Positions 1-13,300 of a stretch of DNA of 64,000 nt are shown here, one piece after another; position 1 is the stretch's first letter, and the number at the start of each line of letters is the position of its first letter. The notes beneath the pieces were generated by a model. That model made no database searches. It was given only the letters and a program-made list of their open reading frames with translations, and was not told the DNA's origin. The position numbers and the translations under genes are program-made. The DNA lies in the NCBI RefSeq assembly GCF_000315625.1, contig NW_005434604.1, positions 366,791-430,790 of the forward strand, in the 5' to 3' direction. The DNA is from Guillardia theta CCMP2712 (Eukaryota; Protista; Cryptophyta).

Positions 1-3000
1 GCAGGAAGCGATTGAAGGCAGCAGAGGTAAAGCATCGGCGGAGGACGAAGAACAAAGAGAGTATAAGGGCAGAGGCAGAGGAAGAAGCACGAGCTGGGGG
101 GGCGGGGCGGGGAGAGACTGGGGGGGGGGAGGGGGACGTACTGTGTTCGAACAAGAAGGTCATCGGGAAAGGTGATTCGAAGATGTCCGTGGGTGGTCCT
201 GTGAAGTTCGCCCAGCGCGTCCCATTCGAGCCCAACGCGCGACAGCAGGTCTCCCACCGCCAGCCGCTGCATCGTCATCACCCGCCTCAGGGCCCCCTGC
301 GCCGCTTCCGTCATGTCGCCCTTCCTCATGGTGGGATGGAATCGCTGCAGGAGATCGTGGCGGTCGATGCGGTAGAAGGCCTCCTCGTCCAGCTGACGGT
401 CAGCAAGGATGCCGACAAGAACCTGCCCCAGCAGGATGTCGCCGTTGGTCACCAGCACGAACTTCCCGCGGGCTCGCCGCATACCGACGTTCTTGGCGTA
501 GAACTGAGGAAACCCGTCCTTGGCCGCCTGCGGGAGAGCAGCGTGGATGCTCGCTGGGACGCGGATGATGCGGACGGGAGGAAGACCTGCCGGCCATGCG
601 AGAGCGCGACGGAGAGGAGGACGGTGATGGCTGGGAGCCCATTCGACGAGGACGAGCTCAGCGCTGAGGGTAGGATGCATCCTTGCTGCTGCCGCCAGCT
701 GGTCGAGCGACGTCTGCAGGCGCGTCATGAAGTTGCCTTCATGCCCGTCATTTCTGGCCGCGAGGATAATGCTCACGTACACCTCCTGCGGGAACTCCCG
801 GCCTGCTCTCGCCCTCCTCCTCTCCCCTGCCATGCCCCCTTCTTGAACTTGCTTCTTTTCTGTAGCCAGCGGCTCTACCGTCATGGGGTAGACTGGCTCA
901 TGCTTGTCCCTCGTCCTCCCTCCCTCCTCCCTAGAGATCGTCTTGGGAGTGGAGTAGAGGAGGCCAGTCTGCCCGCGTGAGTGAGCGATGACCTGAGGGC
1001 CGTCCACCACCACCTCCTCCTTCCCAGTCACTTTGTCCTTCAGCCGGATGTAGTCCTTGAAGGGGAGGTACGTCAACCCCTTGAACCTCCTTCTGGTGTA
1101 CAAGATCACTCCTGCATCCCTTGCCGCTGGCTCGCTGGTGTGGAGGGCGGAGAAGAGCGCAGCGTTGAATCTTCTCTCGGGGCGGAACTTGAGGCCAGCA
1201 GCATGGAGGAGGAGGCCGAGCGGCGCCATGTCGAAGTTTGAGTTGACGATGGCGACAGCGTCCTTGGGGTAGATGCAGGAGAGGCGCATCGAGCAGCCAA
1301 CCGCTGGCTCAATCACTTCCCTCATCGCTCGCCGGCCTCCTCGCGTGTCCAGGTTGATCCCCACCAGCCCTCCAGCTATGCAGGAGCGGAAGAGGAGAGG
1401 GCACTGCTCATCGGGGATGCCGAACAGCTCATGGATAAGGCCTGGCGGGGTCTTGTCGCCGACCGTACACGCCTCCTGGGGGTCGCACGGGACGTCAGGG
1501 GCATCGGCGAGATTGCAACCTTGAGTGGTGAAGAAGTATCCGTCGGAGGCCAGCATCTCCCTCAGCTCTTCGATGGAGCTGCGAAGTTCTATGCTGGAGT
1601 CGAGGTACAGGATGTTGGTCAGCTCCTCGGCCGCGTGCTGGATCAGCGGCATCTTCCATGCATAGTTCGCCAACGTCCTGACGTGCTCAGGATGCTTGTC
1701 AAAGTTGTACACGCGCAGCTCAACTCCATCCCAGCTGGATAGCTCCTTCCGCTGCTCCTTTGACAAGCCCATGTCAAAGATGACAACCGGCAGGTCAGGC
1801 TCGCTAGTGTGGACGCTGCCTATCAAGTTTCTCAGCCTGTCAAAGTAATCCTTGCTGACAGCTGAGACGAGAGTCAAAGGAGCCTCTGAAAGAATGACCT
1901 CTTCTTCCCCCTCCCCTGCCAGTCGCTGCTGCTCAATGTCTCCCTCCCCTTCTTCCATCTCTAGAGCCTTCTCTGAGCATACAGTCCAGTCCTCAAGGCC
2001 CTGTGAGCCCTTCGAAGACTCAACAGAGAATCTCGGTTTCCTCGACTTCTTCGTGTGTCCTGTCCATGAGATGGAGATCTTGGAGGTTTGCTCACCCAGC
2101 TCTTGTGTTTGCGAGGATCTTGGAGAAGCAGATGGAGAGGATGAAGTGGAAGGGATTTGGCTCTTGCATGTCTTGAGCTTCTTCACTGGACGGAAGAACT
2201 CTCCTGTGTAAGTCGACCTTGCAACCTTCTGGAAGAGAAACGCCTGTCCCTGTACGCCCCCGGAGTTCATCTGAGCCGAGAAGAAGTTGTAAACCTTGGT
2301 GAAAAATCGTGAGAGGAGTTGTCAAGGAGAGCAACTTCATGTCTACCTTCTGCTTGTACCAGTCCAGCATCAGTGGGTGCTCCAGGTCGACCGAGTCGTT
2401 CACTGATGTCGAAGTCAGCTCAAAGGTAGCAGGGAGGAGAAAACAACTCCATGCATCCTCCAGCTCGTTTGGAAGGTCCAATGGAGGATCAGCAGCAGCC
2501 GAGTATCCCCTCACACGCATCCACTGAACAACTCGACGTAGCTGAGCAGCACATTACTGCTCCCCTCTGCTCCCCTCTCCTCACCCACGCATCCCTCCTC
2601 TCCTCTACTCTCCCCTTTCCTCCCTTCTCGTCTCGTGTCCCATTCCCTTCCCCTTCCATCATCTCTGCCTCCACCTGGTAGGGATAGACAACGACGAGAA
2701 CATATCGCGGAGAGTCTTCGATGCCTCCAGCTAGCAGCGCATGCATTCCCTCCAGCACCTGAGGCTCTCGTGAACAATGAGGTAGAAGAAGAAGCAAGAG
2801 GAGGAAGAGCAGAAGGAGCCAAAGAATGCGCTGGAGGAAGCAGGTTTTACAAATTCTTCTGCTCCTTCAGCGCTGATTCTCACGATCGTGGGCTTCTCGA
2901 TGAGTCCTTCACTGCCTCGAGGTCAACATTTCACTCCACCAGCTTCTCTTCACCGCAAGGCGTTGTCGATGGTATGAGTCGGCAACGTGTAGATAGGACG

Positions 3001-3873
3001 CAGGTACTCTTCGCTGGTCTGATTCACAGTAGCGATACCGGAGTAAACGCACCCTCTCTCTGGACGATCTCAAGCTCTCAGCGCGTCCTCCTCCCTCTCG
3101 CACCCTCACCGGCCTTGCCGAACATGGTCGCATACCCCTCAACAGAGTTCGGAAGCCACGTCAGTAGTAGCACCCTGTCGGCCACTCCGTTCAATCTGAT
3201 CGACTCGTCCAGGCTCTCTGCCAGCTCTGCGTCATACTCAATGGTCGTTACCCGCGCTCCTCTCCGTGCAGCCTGTAAGAAGAGCATGAGAGACAACGGA
3301 GGAGGAGGACGAGCAGGAGAAGCTCTACCGTCAGCGTGAAAACTCCTGTCTCCCCACCAATGTCCAGGACATGATCAGAAGGTTTGAGCTCCGAGAGGAG
3401 AAACGTTGCAAGCTGACCCTCTTGCTCTCCATAGAAGAGGCGAGAGTACTGAGCCTGTCATGCCCTCAGCATGCAACATCTCCTTCCTCTTCGCTCGTCA
3501 CCTCGCTCGATAGTCGCACACTGAGTGGGGCTCCCCTTCGATCCGTAGTGGCGTTGTTGTAGAACCGCGTGTCTTGCGCTATCATGGGGAAGCTGACCTT
3601 CTCCTCCTGCTTCTCCTTCTCTCTTCCTCCCTCCCTGCTCTGCTGTCTACCTGCCTGCTCGCCCGCCAAAATTTCATTATGAAGAAGACCACAAGGCATG
3701 CTTCATACCTTATCCATCCCTTTGTTCGCCGCCTTCTTCTTCCCTGCTACCACATGGAGGAGGAGGAAGAGGGAGAGCAGCACTAGACAGGCTTTGATCC
3801 ATATTCCTCCTCTCCTCTCCCTCCTTTACCTCCCTCCCCTCCCCTCTCTCCCTCCCTCCACGCTTCCCTGCAT
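1..3873 (-). CDS. Multi-exon, multi-domain glycan-modifying protein: signal anchor + FkbM-type methyltransferase + DUF1647-like GT domain + GT2/GT-A-like domain; runs off the left edge; start approximate
   Basis: Manual minus-strand translation gives WIKACLVLLSLFLLLHVVAG (~3800-3740) and SDHVLDIGGETGVFTLT|AARRGARVTTIEYD...IVRISAEGAEEF|VLEGMHALL (FkbM motifs). One open exon ~2294-141 then contains LVSAVSKDYFDRLRNLIGSVH...VVIFDMGL...YAWKMPLI...ILYLDSS (DUF1647-like) and YAKNVGMRRARGKFVLVTNGDILL (GT-A). Confidence 0.8.
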
Positions 3874-4187
3874 TACGCCATGGATCCCAGACTTCCACCC
3901 CCTTTCGCGACCGGAACCACCCCTACCCGCTGAAGCTTCCTGCAGAGACGCAATGGCGATCAGCTAACTAAGTTTTGCTTCCTCGTTCACTGCCTGCTCC
4001 GCCAGCCCTCCCCCTCCCCCTCTTCCTCTTCTTCTTCTCATCTCGTGCTTGCTCTTGTCCTCTTCTTCTTCTCATCTCTTGCTTGCTCTTGTCCTCTCCC
4101 TCATCGTCTCGTCTCTCGGACCTTCTCTCCCTCGATTGCCTCAAGTGCTTTCCCCCAGTTCTCTCCCCCATCCTCCTCCTCGTCGTC

Positions 4188-7100
4188 ATGCTGCGCGTGT
4201 GGGCCTTGCTCGGGTGCCTCCTGGGCTCCTTGGCCTCAAGTCCGGTGGGTTTGCCGAGCCTTCGCCTTGAGAGGTGAGTGAAGCTGAATGCTCCTCCCTC
4301 CTCTCATCAACAGCAGGAGGACCATGGAGCTCCGTCCTCACCCCAGACTGCTCTTGTCTACCATCCGAGGAGGCAACTGGTTGCCGCAAGTGTCACTTTC
4401 TCATCATGGTGACTGGTGGTCAGGGACGAAGACGATGAGGATGATGATGACGACGACAACGTCGATGGCGTTGGCAAAGATAGATATAGGGACATGCCTC
4501 CTCCTGTGTGGAATTCTTATTTTTTATTTCTTGCTGCTTGCTCCTCATCGGCGTCTGCAGGATGAGATAAGATACACGCATGGCATGCGAACAGGGAAAT
4601 CAGCAAGAGAAGGCGCGATCATTCAAAACATGACGGTATGAGGCTGTGGCGAGGGTGTGATGGTGCTCACGATGTTGATACTGCAGGACAAGTCGTCGGC
4701 AGATTCTTCTGACGGTGCATGACAAGTTGTCTGTGTCACGATTGACCTGAGCTATGAAGATGATGAACCTGCATGGGTTGATGGGCAGATCAAACAGGTT
4801 CGACGCCAAAACTCTTGCACCATGGATTGATCCCACTCTGCGCAGGGAGGAAAGAAGATCAAATATTACTACGGAAGGACCAACTATTGGAGGTGAGATA
4901 GCGAAGAGGATTCACAAAGAGGATTGAGAAAGAGTCCCAACCCCTCACCTCCTGGCTTTCAGGGATGTTCTCAACCAAACAGATCCCTGGGAGCAGTTCG
5001 AGCCTGACCTCCATAAGGTGTTCTGGATGAAAGATGACGATGATGTGTATCGGATTGAATTCATTCTCTTTGAACACAGGGTCAAACATACGCAGACTTC
5101 ATGTTTGCTAAAGAGCGTTTTGACAACGTGGACGTGATGGAGCAACATGGTAGATAGAGGGACATCAATAGATATTCCCGAACTGAGATCGTGTGCAGGG
5201 CCACTCAAGGATCGGATGAGAGACTTGATCGCGGTCGCTGCTTTCTTGCATTGATCCACGATTGGGTCACCATCTCAAAACTTCTTTGCAGGAGGGACGT
5301 ACAACCCCAGCTGGATATGGCCTCGTGAGTTTGAATTGTGATGTTCCGATTCCTGATCTGCGCTTGAGGTCAGGGGGGGGTTGTGAGCGCGAATTTCAGC
5401 TTTAGTTATCCTGAAAATCGATTCGCGACGATATGTGAGAGGGAATTTGAGTCCTGTCGATTGCTAATGTTGTCGCAGATCCAAATTTGACTGGCAACTT
5501 GAGCGAGATTCCGATTTATGAGTACATCTGTCTTGGACATTGAGATTGAATTTCACTGACGAGCGCCGGTGCTAGTTATGACTCGGAAAAAGACGAATAT
5601 TTCTTGGGCACGGTCAAAGTTTGTGCCAAAAATCTTCTTGTCTGAACAACTCTTTCGAATCCAGACGATTGTTCACAACGATGATTTGTCTGTTTCGCTG
5701 TCAAACAAATCAAGGTGATGGAACAAGATTGGATCTTTTCTTTTATCGATTGTACAGATTGCTGGAGCCCGACGAAGTGTTCGCTCGCTTCGTTCCTTAC
5801 CAGAATGCTGTGTGTCTCGAATCGGAGCGTGTTTTGAGAGTATGATGGTGTTGTTGCAGTCATACCCAGAACCAACGAAGAGCAGAGACAGGTACATCAA
5901 AGGTGAGAACTCAACGATGTTCGACTCTTTATCATGTTTGATGGGGCTATAGCTTTCGAAGATCAGCTAAGGTGAAGCCTTCCTGCCTGAATGGCGGTCA
6001 TCATTTCCTTGACAACCTAAAAGATGGGAGAACGGAGAACTTCCTATGCCTCTCAATGAAGAAGGAAAGTGTTTCTTCCTTCCTGATATTTGAGATTTGT
6101 TTGATTTCCTCTTGTTTCATCCACTCCAGACTTGGAAGAGATTGAAGAAGATAAGAGAAGACAGGTTGGAAAGTGATGAGGAAAATTCGCTGAGCGGGTT
6201 GACGTTTCCAATGAATCAGATAAATGAACAACTATGCGAAGCGGCAGAGCAAGGATCAGTCGGGTTGTTCAAGTGCTGAGATTTGCGATCCCTCGATGTC
6301 AAGAGTCATTGAAACAATTTTCCTCAGATCTCTGATGCAATGTGGTGGAAATGTTTCCTGGCACATGTAAGTTTGTGGCTCCTTCCTCCTCCTCCCCTTG
6401 CACTCTTTCTCTCTCCTTCCGTGGCGTTGCCCTCCTCCTCTCCCCTTCTTCGTTCTCCTCCACTTCTTGAATCTTTGAGTTTCCTGTCAGGCCTCCCGAC
6501 ATGTTGGCGCCGTTGCACTACGCTGCGCTGAATGTGAGGAAGAGGGGAGAGGACGAGAACACAGCAAAGAAGGAGAAAAGAGACAGATAGAGAAAACCAA
6601 GGGAAGGGCAAAGGACAGGGAAGAGAAGGAACAGGGACAGGGAAAGGAAAGGAAAGCGAAAGGGAAAGGACATGGAAGGAGACAGGGAGTTGAGGTGCCT
6701 TGAAAGCTCCTGAAAGACTGTCAGGGCCATTTGGAGATCGTCAAGATTCTCATCGAGAAAGGGTGAGGCAGACCTGTTGTCTTCTTCTTGTCAATTCTCG
6801 CAGCGTCAACGTGAGCGCTCGGGATGACTGGGACCGCACGCCGCTGCACTGGGCTGGTGAGGACAGAGGTGAGGTTGTCAAGCGCGAGTGACGAGGGTCG
6901 AGCAGCATACAACGGTCACGTGGAAGTTGCGAAGGAGCTGATAGCCAACGGGGCGAACGTGATGGCCAAGGTGGGGAGGAGACGCTGGGAGGAAGAGGCG
7001 TTTGACGCAGTGGCGCAGACCAAGGGAGACTGTACCCCCTACGTGAGACTTTGCGGCTTCTTGTGGGGATGAGGTGAAACCTTGGCAGTCGTTCGCGTCG

Positions 7101-7346
7101 ATGTTCATGCACACGCACAACGACGTCATCCGCTACTTCCGCGACCAGGTCAGCTGCGGCCCTGCCTGCTTGCCTGTGATGCTCGGGCAGGAGAGCAAGT
7201 TGAACCCCTCCATCCTCAACAAAGACACCTCCACGACAAACTTCTTGGATGATGAGGTAAGCGAGCAGAAAAAGGAGGAAGAGCAGGAGGAAGAGGCTCC
7301 GATGATTTTGTTCGCAGATGTTCAAGCAGCGCAACGCGAAGTTTAG
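4188..7346 (+). CDS. Multi-exon protein with N-terminal signal peptide and C-terminal ankyrin repeats (could be two genes)
   Basis: MLRVWALLGCLLGSLASS signal peptide followed by ...STIRGG, and many short GT-AG introns. Ankyrin motifs GHLEIVKILIEKG / VNVSARDDWDRTPLHWA / AYNGHVEVAKELIANGANV lie at ~6725-6970. Confidence 0.6.
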
Positions 7347-7430
7347 TTCCCACCCGTTGCGAGCTAATCTTGGATAAAGAGCGTTGCGATGATACAATAT
7401 ACTTCAAATTGAGTACATGCACTCGTATGC

Positions 7431-7526
7431 TTGTTCCCCTACATGACTCACTCACTTGTCTTGTTCCCCTACATGACTTACTCGCTTGTCTTGTTCCCCT
7501 ACATGACTTACTCGCTTGTCTTGTTC
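7431..7526. repeat. 30-bp minisatellite, ~3.2 copies
   Basis: TTGTTCCCCTACATGACTYACTCRCTTGTC in tandem. Confidence 0.9.
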
Positions 7527-7790
7527 GACTTGTCTTGTACATACTCTGCATTCCTCACTCCCACAAAGCCACCACTACCACCCCTCATTTCACCTTCATA
7601 TGAATGGCAGAGGAAGGGTGGGTGGGAATTCGAAATGGAGTGATGCAAGGGAATGACAATGGAAGGGGATGAAGATGGTGGAACAGAACAGAGCAGAGCA
7701 GAACAGAACAGAACAGAAGATCAGGAACTCTGATCTCACACGAGGATATCTCATCTCGCAGTTGCTGTTGTTTGATTGAATACGAGTGAG

Positions 7791-10314
7791 ATGCCCTTGT
7801 CTGATGGTTCAGACTTCTCCGACATCGACGATATTTTGGAAGGTAATGTCCTCCTCGATGAAAAATGAGAATGATGATGATAATTATAATAATGATGAGG
7901 GCGGGTTGGGAAGAAAGCTGATGATGAAAACCTTGCCATAATGATGATCACGATTATGATGATCACGATGATTATATCATTATTATCTTAGCTGTAGACG
8001 TGTCGACCTATGCAAATGGATATGAGAGTGTGCGTTGAACGATCTCTGCAGATCTCTCTCGCAGAGCAAGTCAGGAGCAGGAAGATGTCAAGAAGAAGTC
8101 GAGCTCGGATACAAGCAGGTCCAACAGCAGCTCGAGCAAGACCAAGAAGTCAAAGAGCAGCAAGGACAAGTCCAAGAGCTCCAGAGACAAACCTTCCAGG
8201 AAGACCCCAGCTGAGGTGAAGACTCGGCGTCTGCTCATCCCAGCCGTGACTCTCATGCAGACACGTAAGGACGAGGATGCGGATGAGCTTCTGCGAGGCA
8301 TGGGGGCTGCTCTGTCCCAGGCTGTTCCCAAGCCCAAGCTCTTCGACCCTCTTGCCGGCCTCAGCTTCGGCCTGCCATCTAGCGGCGCAGACAGAGGAGA
8401 GAGCAAGAGGAAGGAGGAGGCCAGCCGAACTCCTGCAGCCGATGCGCGCGACTTCGGCATGGAAGATGCTGCCAACTTGATCAAGTCGTCCGGCGTGCGC
8501 ACTTTTGCTGAGCACCATGCTCCTTCTCACCCCTCCCGGTCTACCTTCGCCTCCTCCAACCTCTCCATCCTTTCTGAGGAAAGCCTTGGCGATAGCCAGA
8601 CGAAAGTTTACGCTCTGCCGAGCAGAGAGGAGGAAGAGGAGGAGGAGGAGGAGGAGACAGAAGAACAAAGATTCTCAAAGTTTGGAAACATTCGCATGGC
8701 AGGGGATCTCCTCCCCGATGAGCAAGCCCCTAGTGTGCAGAGGGAAAAGACCAAGAAGTAAGTGAAGAATCCTCCCCACATCCTCTTCTCCTCCTCCCCC
8801 TCCCCTCCCCTTCTCTCCTTCCTCGTTCAGTTCTCTCCTCTCCCTCTTCGCTATCCCTTCTCACTGTCCTCCTTTCAGGACGGTGGGTGCCGAGACTTCG
8901 GACTCCTCTTTTGACCTCTCCGACTTGTCGATCTCCGACTCTGAGCTGATGGTGGACACGACTCGTTCGGCAGGAAGGAAGGGGATCCTCAAGAAGAAAT
9001 CCTCCTCCTCCTCCCCCTCCTCTCGCCCTTCCCGTCCCAAGAAGATTCGCTTTGGTCAAGTTTCCTACCGTGACGACGATCCTTTTTCCCGCTCTCTCTC
9101 CTCCAAACCACAAACCTTCCAGACCGTCAACAATCTCGACGGGAAAGAGAAGGATGAGAAGGAGAAAGGGGGCTTGTTTGCATCGAAGTTCGGGAATATT
9201 CAGTTCGCGGACGACCTGGGAGGGAAGCAGGAGGAGCAGGAGGAGCAGGAGGAGGAGGAGGAGGAGGAGAAAGGGGGCTTATTTGCATCGAAGTTCGGGA
9301 ATATTCAGTTCGCGGACGACCTGGGAGGGAAGCAGGAGGAGGATGGATGGATGGAGGAGGAGGAGGAGGAGGAGGAGAAAGGGGGCTTATTTGCATCGAA
9401 GTTCGGGAATATTCAGTTCGCGGACGACCTGGGAGGGAAGCAGGACGGGGAGGAAATTCCAGCAGAGGTCGAGCTCGATGAAGAGGTTGTTGATGATTTT
9501 GACTCTCACGGGTATGATGAAGACTTCCATGAGGACGTCTCGGCTTGCGAGGAGGAGAGCAGACCCTCCAGCCAAGGCCCAGCTGCGTCAAGGGAGGCTG
9601 CTAGCAGGGAGCAAGAAAGATCAGCGCAGATTCAGAGGATGGAGGAGGAGCTGAGCTTCTGGAAGGTGGAGGCGATGCGCCTGGCAGCTGAGAAGGATGA
9701 GACGCATCGCACGCTCAAGGGGCTGATGAAGCTGAGAACGACGGAACAGGCGGGGGAGAGAAGAGTTGACACGGATCGAGTGAGGAGTCAGGCGACAGGG
9801 AGTGACAGCGGCACGAGCAGGTGGCAACAGTCAACATCTTGCGATGCTGACGGCAACCGCAGGCCTCAGGTCTTCCCGATCGCAAGCAGCTTGATGGATG
9901 AGTCTCAGCGGTATTTCTTCTCCCTTGTATCCTCCTCCTCCTTCTCATTCCCGCCATGTTCTTCTCCATTGTCCTCAATCACAGACAGGATCTCCATGTC
10001 CTTGCGCAAGCCTCTCTTGGATGCCTCCGAGCAGCTCCTTGCTGCCAACTTGCATCTCATCCGAGCTGCGGTGACACACCAGAGGTCGCTTGCTCCTGTG
10101 ACCCTCCCTCTCAGATGAATCGCTCTCAAGCCCGAGCTGCGTTCCAGCAGAGGAGAAATGACTTCAGTTACACGACCCTCGAAGACACTCTAGCCTACAT
10201 GCGCAGCTGCCCACTCCGACCTCAGGTCTGCTTGTCTTGCTCGCCCTGACCTCACCCATTCCTCAGGTTCGAACGTTCCGAGAGGCGCTGGAGGACATCA
10301 GGACCAAGGTTTGA
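7791..10314 (+). CDS. Low-complexity/coiled-coil protein with C-terminal DUF4614 (C19orf44-like) domain; multi-exon
   Basis: Starts MPLSDGSDFSDIDDILE and ends LLAANLHLIRAA|MNRSQ...FSYTTLEDTLAYMRSCPLRPQ|VRTFREALEDIRTKV*. This resembles the Y.TLE...YIR...P..T..EALEE motif of DUF4614. Confidence 0.6.
9161..9445 (+). repeat. Three near-identical coding repeats (EKGGLFASKFGNIQFADDLGGKQ) separated by poly-Glu
   Basis: Direct repeats at ~9161, ~9267 and ~9374. Confidence 0.95.
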
Positions 10315-10353
10315 AAATCAACACTTTGTTACTATTAAAGATTAAATGTCTGT

Positions 10354-13300
10354 CTACTTCTTGCTACTGGTCATTTCTTTCACTTTCCGTTTGCGTTCTT
10401 GCAGCTCAGACCACATCATGTAATTGTTAAAATGTGAGGAGTCGCCGCAACCGTAATCGTCATCCGACATGAGCCAGTCCTGGATCTTCTTCCACTCCTT
10501 CTCCTGCTCTTTTGCCAGATGTTTCACATAATCCCATTCGTCCTCTGCTTGTGCTCCAAACTCGAGCTTGTTGGAGTTTCGGTCCGAGACGGCTTGCATG
10601 GCGTCATGGGTCACAGCAGGCAGCATCGACTCGTTGGGGTCGTAGGCAGTGACGAGGAGGAAGTGCGGTCTCCGACCTCCACACGTCTCCTCCGAGTAAT
10701 CCTCATCGGTCAACGGCTTCCAGATCTCTTGCTTGTCTCGCGATTTCGACGAATGCACCAGCGGGATTCGAGAGATCTCCTGGAATTCCGAGTTGTGATA
10801 CTGGTTGAGCATGACGTTACTTGTGTAGTCGCCGGTCGGGCGGTGGAGGGGGAGCAGCATCAGTTTGTTCTCCTTCAGCAGCTCCAGGTTGTTGAGCACG
10901 TTGTCGCTGCCATACACATCGATGACATCATCAACCTCCTCCTTGGACCTGAACACAATGGTGGCCCACCGGCTGCTGATCTTCGACCCGAGGTCCGCCG
11001 AGGGAAACATCCGCCCCTCATGCGCAGCTCCGGTGTCGAAAACCTCCACAGCAACGATCTCGCGGTTGGGGAGAGCAGATTGAGCGTGCGTCTTCTTCCA
11101 TGCCTCCCTGTGCAAATTAGCAATATGCAAAATCCTCCTTCTCTGTCTCTCTGTCAGATGATTCGGAAGAATGCTCTGAACTTCTTCTCGAAAAGCTCGA
11201 AATTCCTCGTCTTTTTCACGTTCAGCAGCTGTGATGTCACGATCAACCTTGAGAAATGCAGTGAAGAAAGCTGTGAGGATTTCTTTCAGCTCCCAGTTCG
11301 ACAGCACATATTCTCCTCCTACTTTCTTGTCTGGCAAGTTTTGAACATAGACTTTGTTTGGAATGACATGCCTCCATTGAAAGATGGACATGTCTGTGCC
11401 TCCGGCAGATATCAAGTAGTCATCGTCGTATGAAAATCGTACTTGAGAAACAAAGCTGCCATGACCGTAATATGACCTGAAGGCTTGCTTGAACCCGAAG
11501 GCAGGCCAGCGGAAAAGCTTCACTTTCCCGTCATCATCGCCAGTGGCGCACACGTTATGTCCCCAGGACGAGCTCTGACCCTCGCCAGGAAAGTTATGAG
11601 TCTTGAAGACGTCTTCGGGTTCGGCGCTGTCATTCGGAATCTCTCCACTGACGTAGGGGTAAGGAGAAGGATCATTCCCTCCGTGACATGGAGCCCAGGG
11701 GGGCACCTTACTGTGAGATCGATCGATGGAGTTGATGTCCGAACCAGTAGACCCACGTCGCCATATGCTCTTTACGGTCCATCCCAGCACACAATTGTGT
11801 GTAGCCCACTTTTTCTTGCTCAATTCTTCGGTTTTCACGCTTTGCTTTCCGCTCGGAATCACGCAGTAAAGCAATTCATTGGACATGCTGGTCGAACGCA
11901 GATATCCGCTCTCTGCATCAAAGTCGACATGAGTGACGGCACCTGAGTGATCGTTACAACACCCTACTCGTTTGTATGGCATGGTTGACTGAAGTAAGAT
12001 TTCTTCCTCTGACATTCCCAGAGACTTCTGCTTCGCATACTCCCTCTCTCGATCACGAGAGGACGTTTCTTCTAGTCTTTCAATTCTGTGACGATAAATG
12101 TCGATACAGTTATCTCCCAGGGCAACTGCAAGGTACTTCCCATCTGGACTGTACTTGAGAGACATAACTTGAGAAGAAGAAAGGGAGCTGTCCATGCTGT
12201 AAGCTTGTCTCGGCAAGGGATTGAAGCAGCATAAGTTAATATTTCCAAATGCTTCCTCCGGATCAAAGAAAGGATCTGAAAACGTATCGCCCGCGACGTT
12301 TTCATCATCTTGATTCGCAGCATCAAAGGATGACTTCTCAGTGTTCCAGACTGAGAACGATCCATCTTCATGACCGATTGCAAATAGCGAACACGGCTTA
12401 TTGTTGATCATGGCTGCACCATGAACACCTTCCCCACTTTCCTCGTACCAGAAGGTGGCTGATCGATTTTGCTTGTAGGTATAGACACTACTGATCATGA
12501 TCTGGTCATTGATATCGAAGAAACGAGCTGAACAGTCCTTGCTCACAGACATGAAGATCCTTTCGTCTGGGATTGGTGCTATCCCATAGACAGGCTGCAT
12601 ATGACCTCTCATTACGACCCGCTTTCCACAGACTGCCCATTCCCAAGGACAACCCTGCGAGTCATTTGGCATATACCCAGGCTTACTCTCATCAAATCTT
12701 TGATACCAGAAGGTGCAAACTGGAATCCTGTTGGCAACAGCTCCATTGCTTCCCTTCCATTCTCGGACTTTGTCATGTCCCCACCATTCTTGGTCCCCAA
12801 GTCTCCCTTCAATCGAATTAGCGCTATCACCACGAATTCGGTGGTTTTCGGATAGCCCGAAGATCCATGAATCTCTATCCTTTTGACCACACCTTCGGAG
12901 TCCAAGCATGAGAATTGTGTTGTCTGTCATTCCCACCAGCAGGCAGCCTTCTACTCCAAGGTCGGCGAAGGATAAGTGCGTGGCTGGAGCCCCTCGAATT
13001 CCCTTTGCAGGCTCCTCTCTCACATACGATTCGTCGGTCATGTAGCTGAATAATGTTTTTGACGAGGACCAGTCCATCGATCGGACTGAAATCTTTGCGA
13101 TAAGACTTGGATCGCACTTCCTCGTGAAAGAACGCAGATCAATCACACACTTTGGCTTCTTGAGATCACGTAGTTCCGGATCCCACATCTATAAGTATTT
13201 GTCAGTCCAGCTTAGTTACATAGAATCGTCCAATGTACCTTCAAGTATCCTCCTTTGCCAGCTGTAAATAAACCCACTTTATCAACGTATAAGATCCCTA

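Noticed and set aside
12-980. 322-aa plus-strand ORF (and 1431-1742, 1852-2211, 10519-11433)
   Set aside because: Antisense shadows of real minus-strand coding exons.
7431-7526. 30-bp repeats as CRISPR-like array
   Set aside because: No spacers; contiguous tandem units in a eukaryotic intergenic region.
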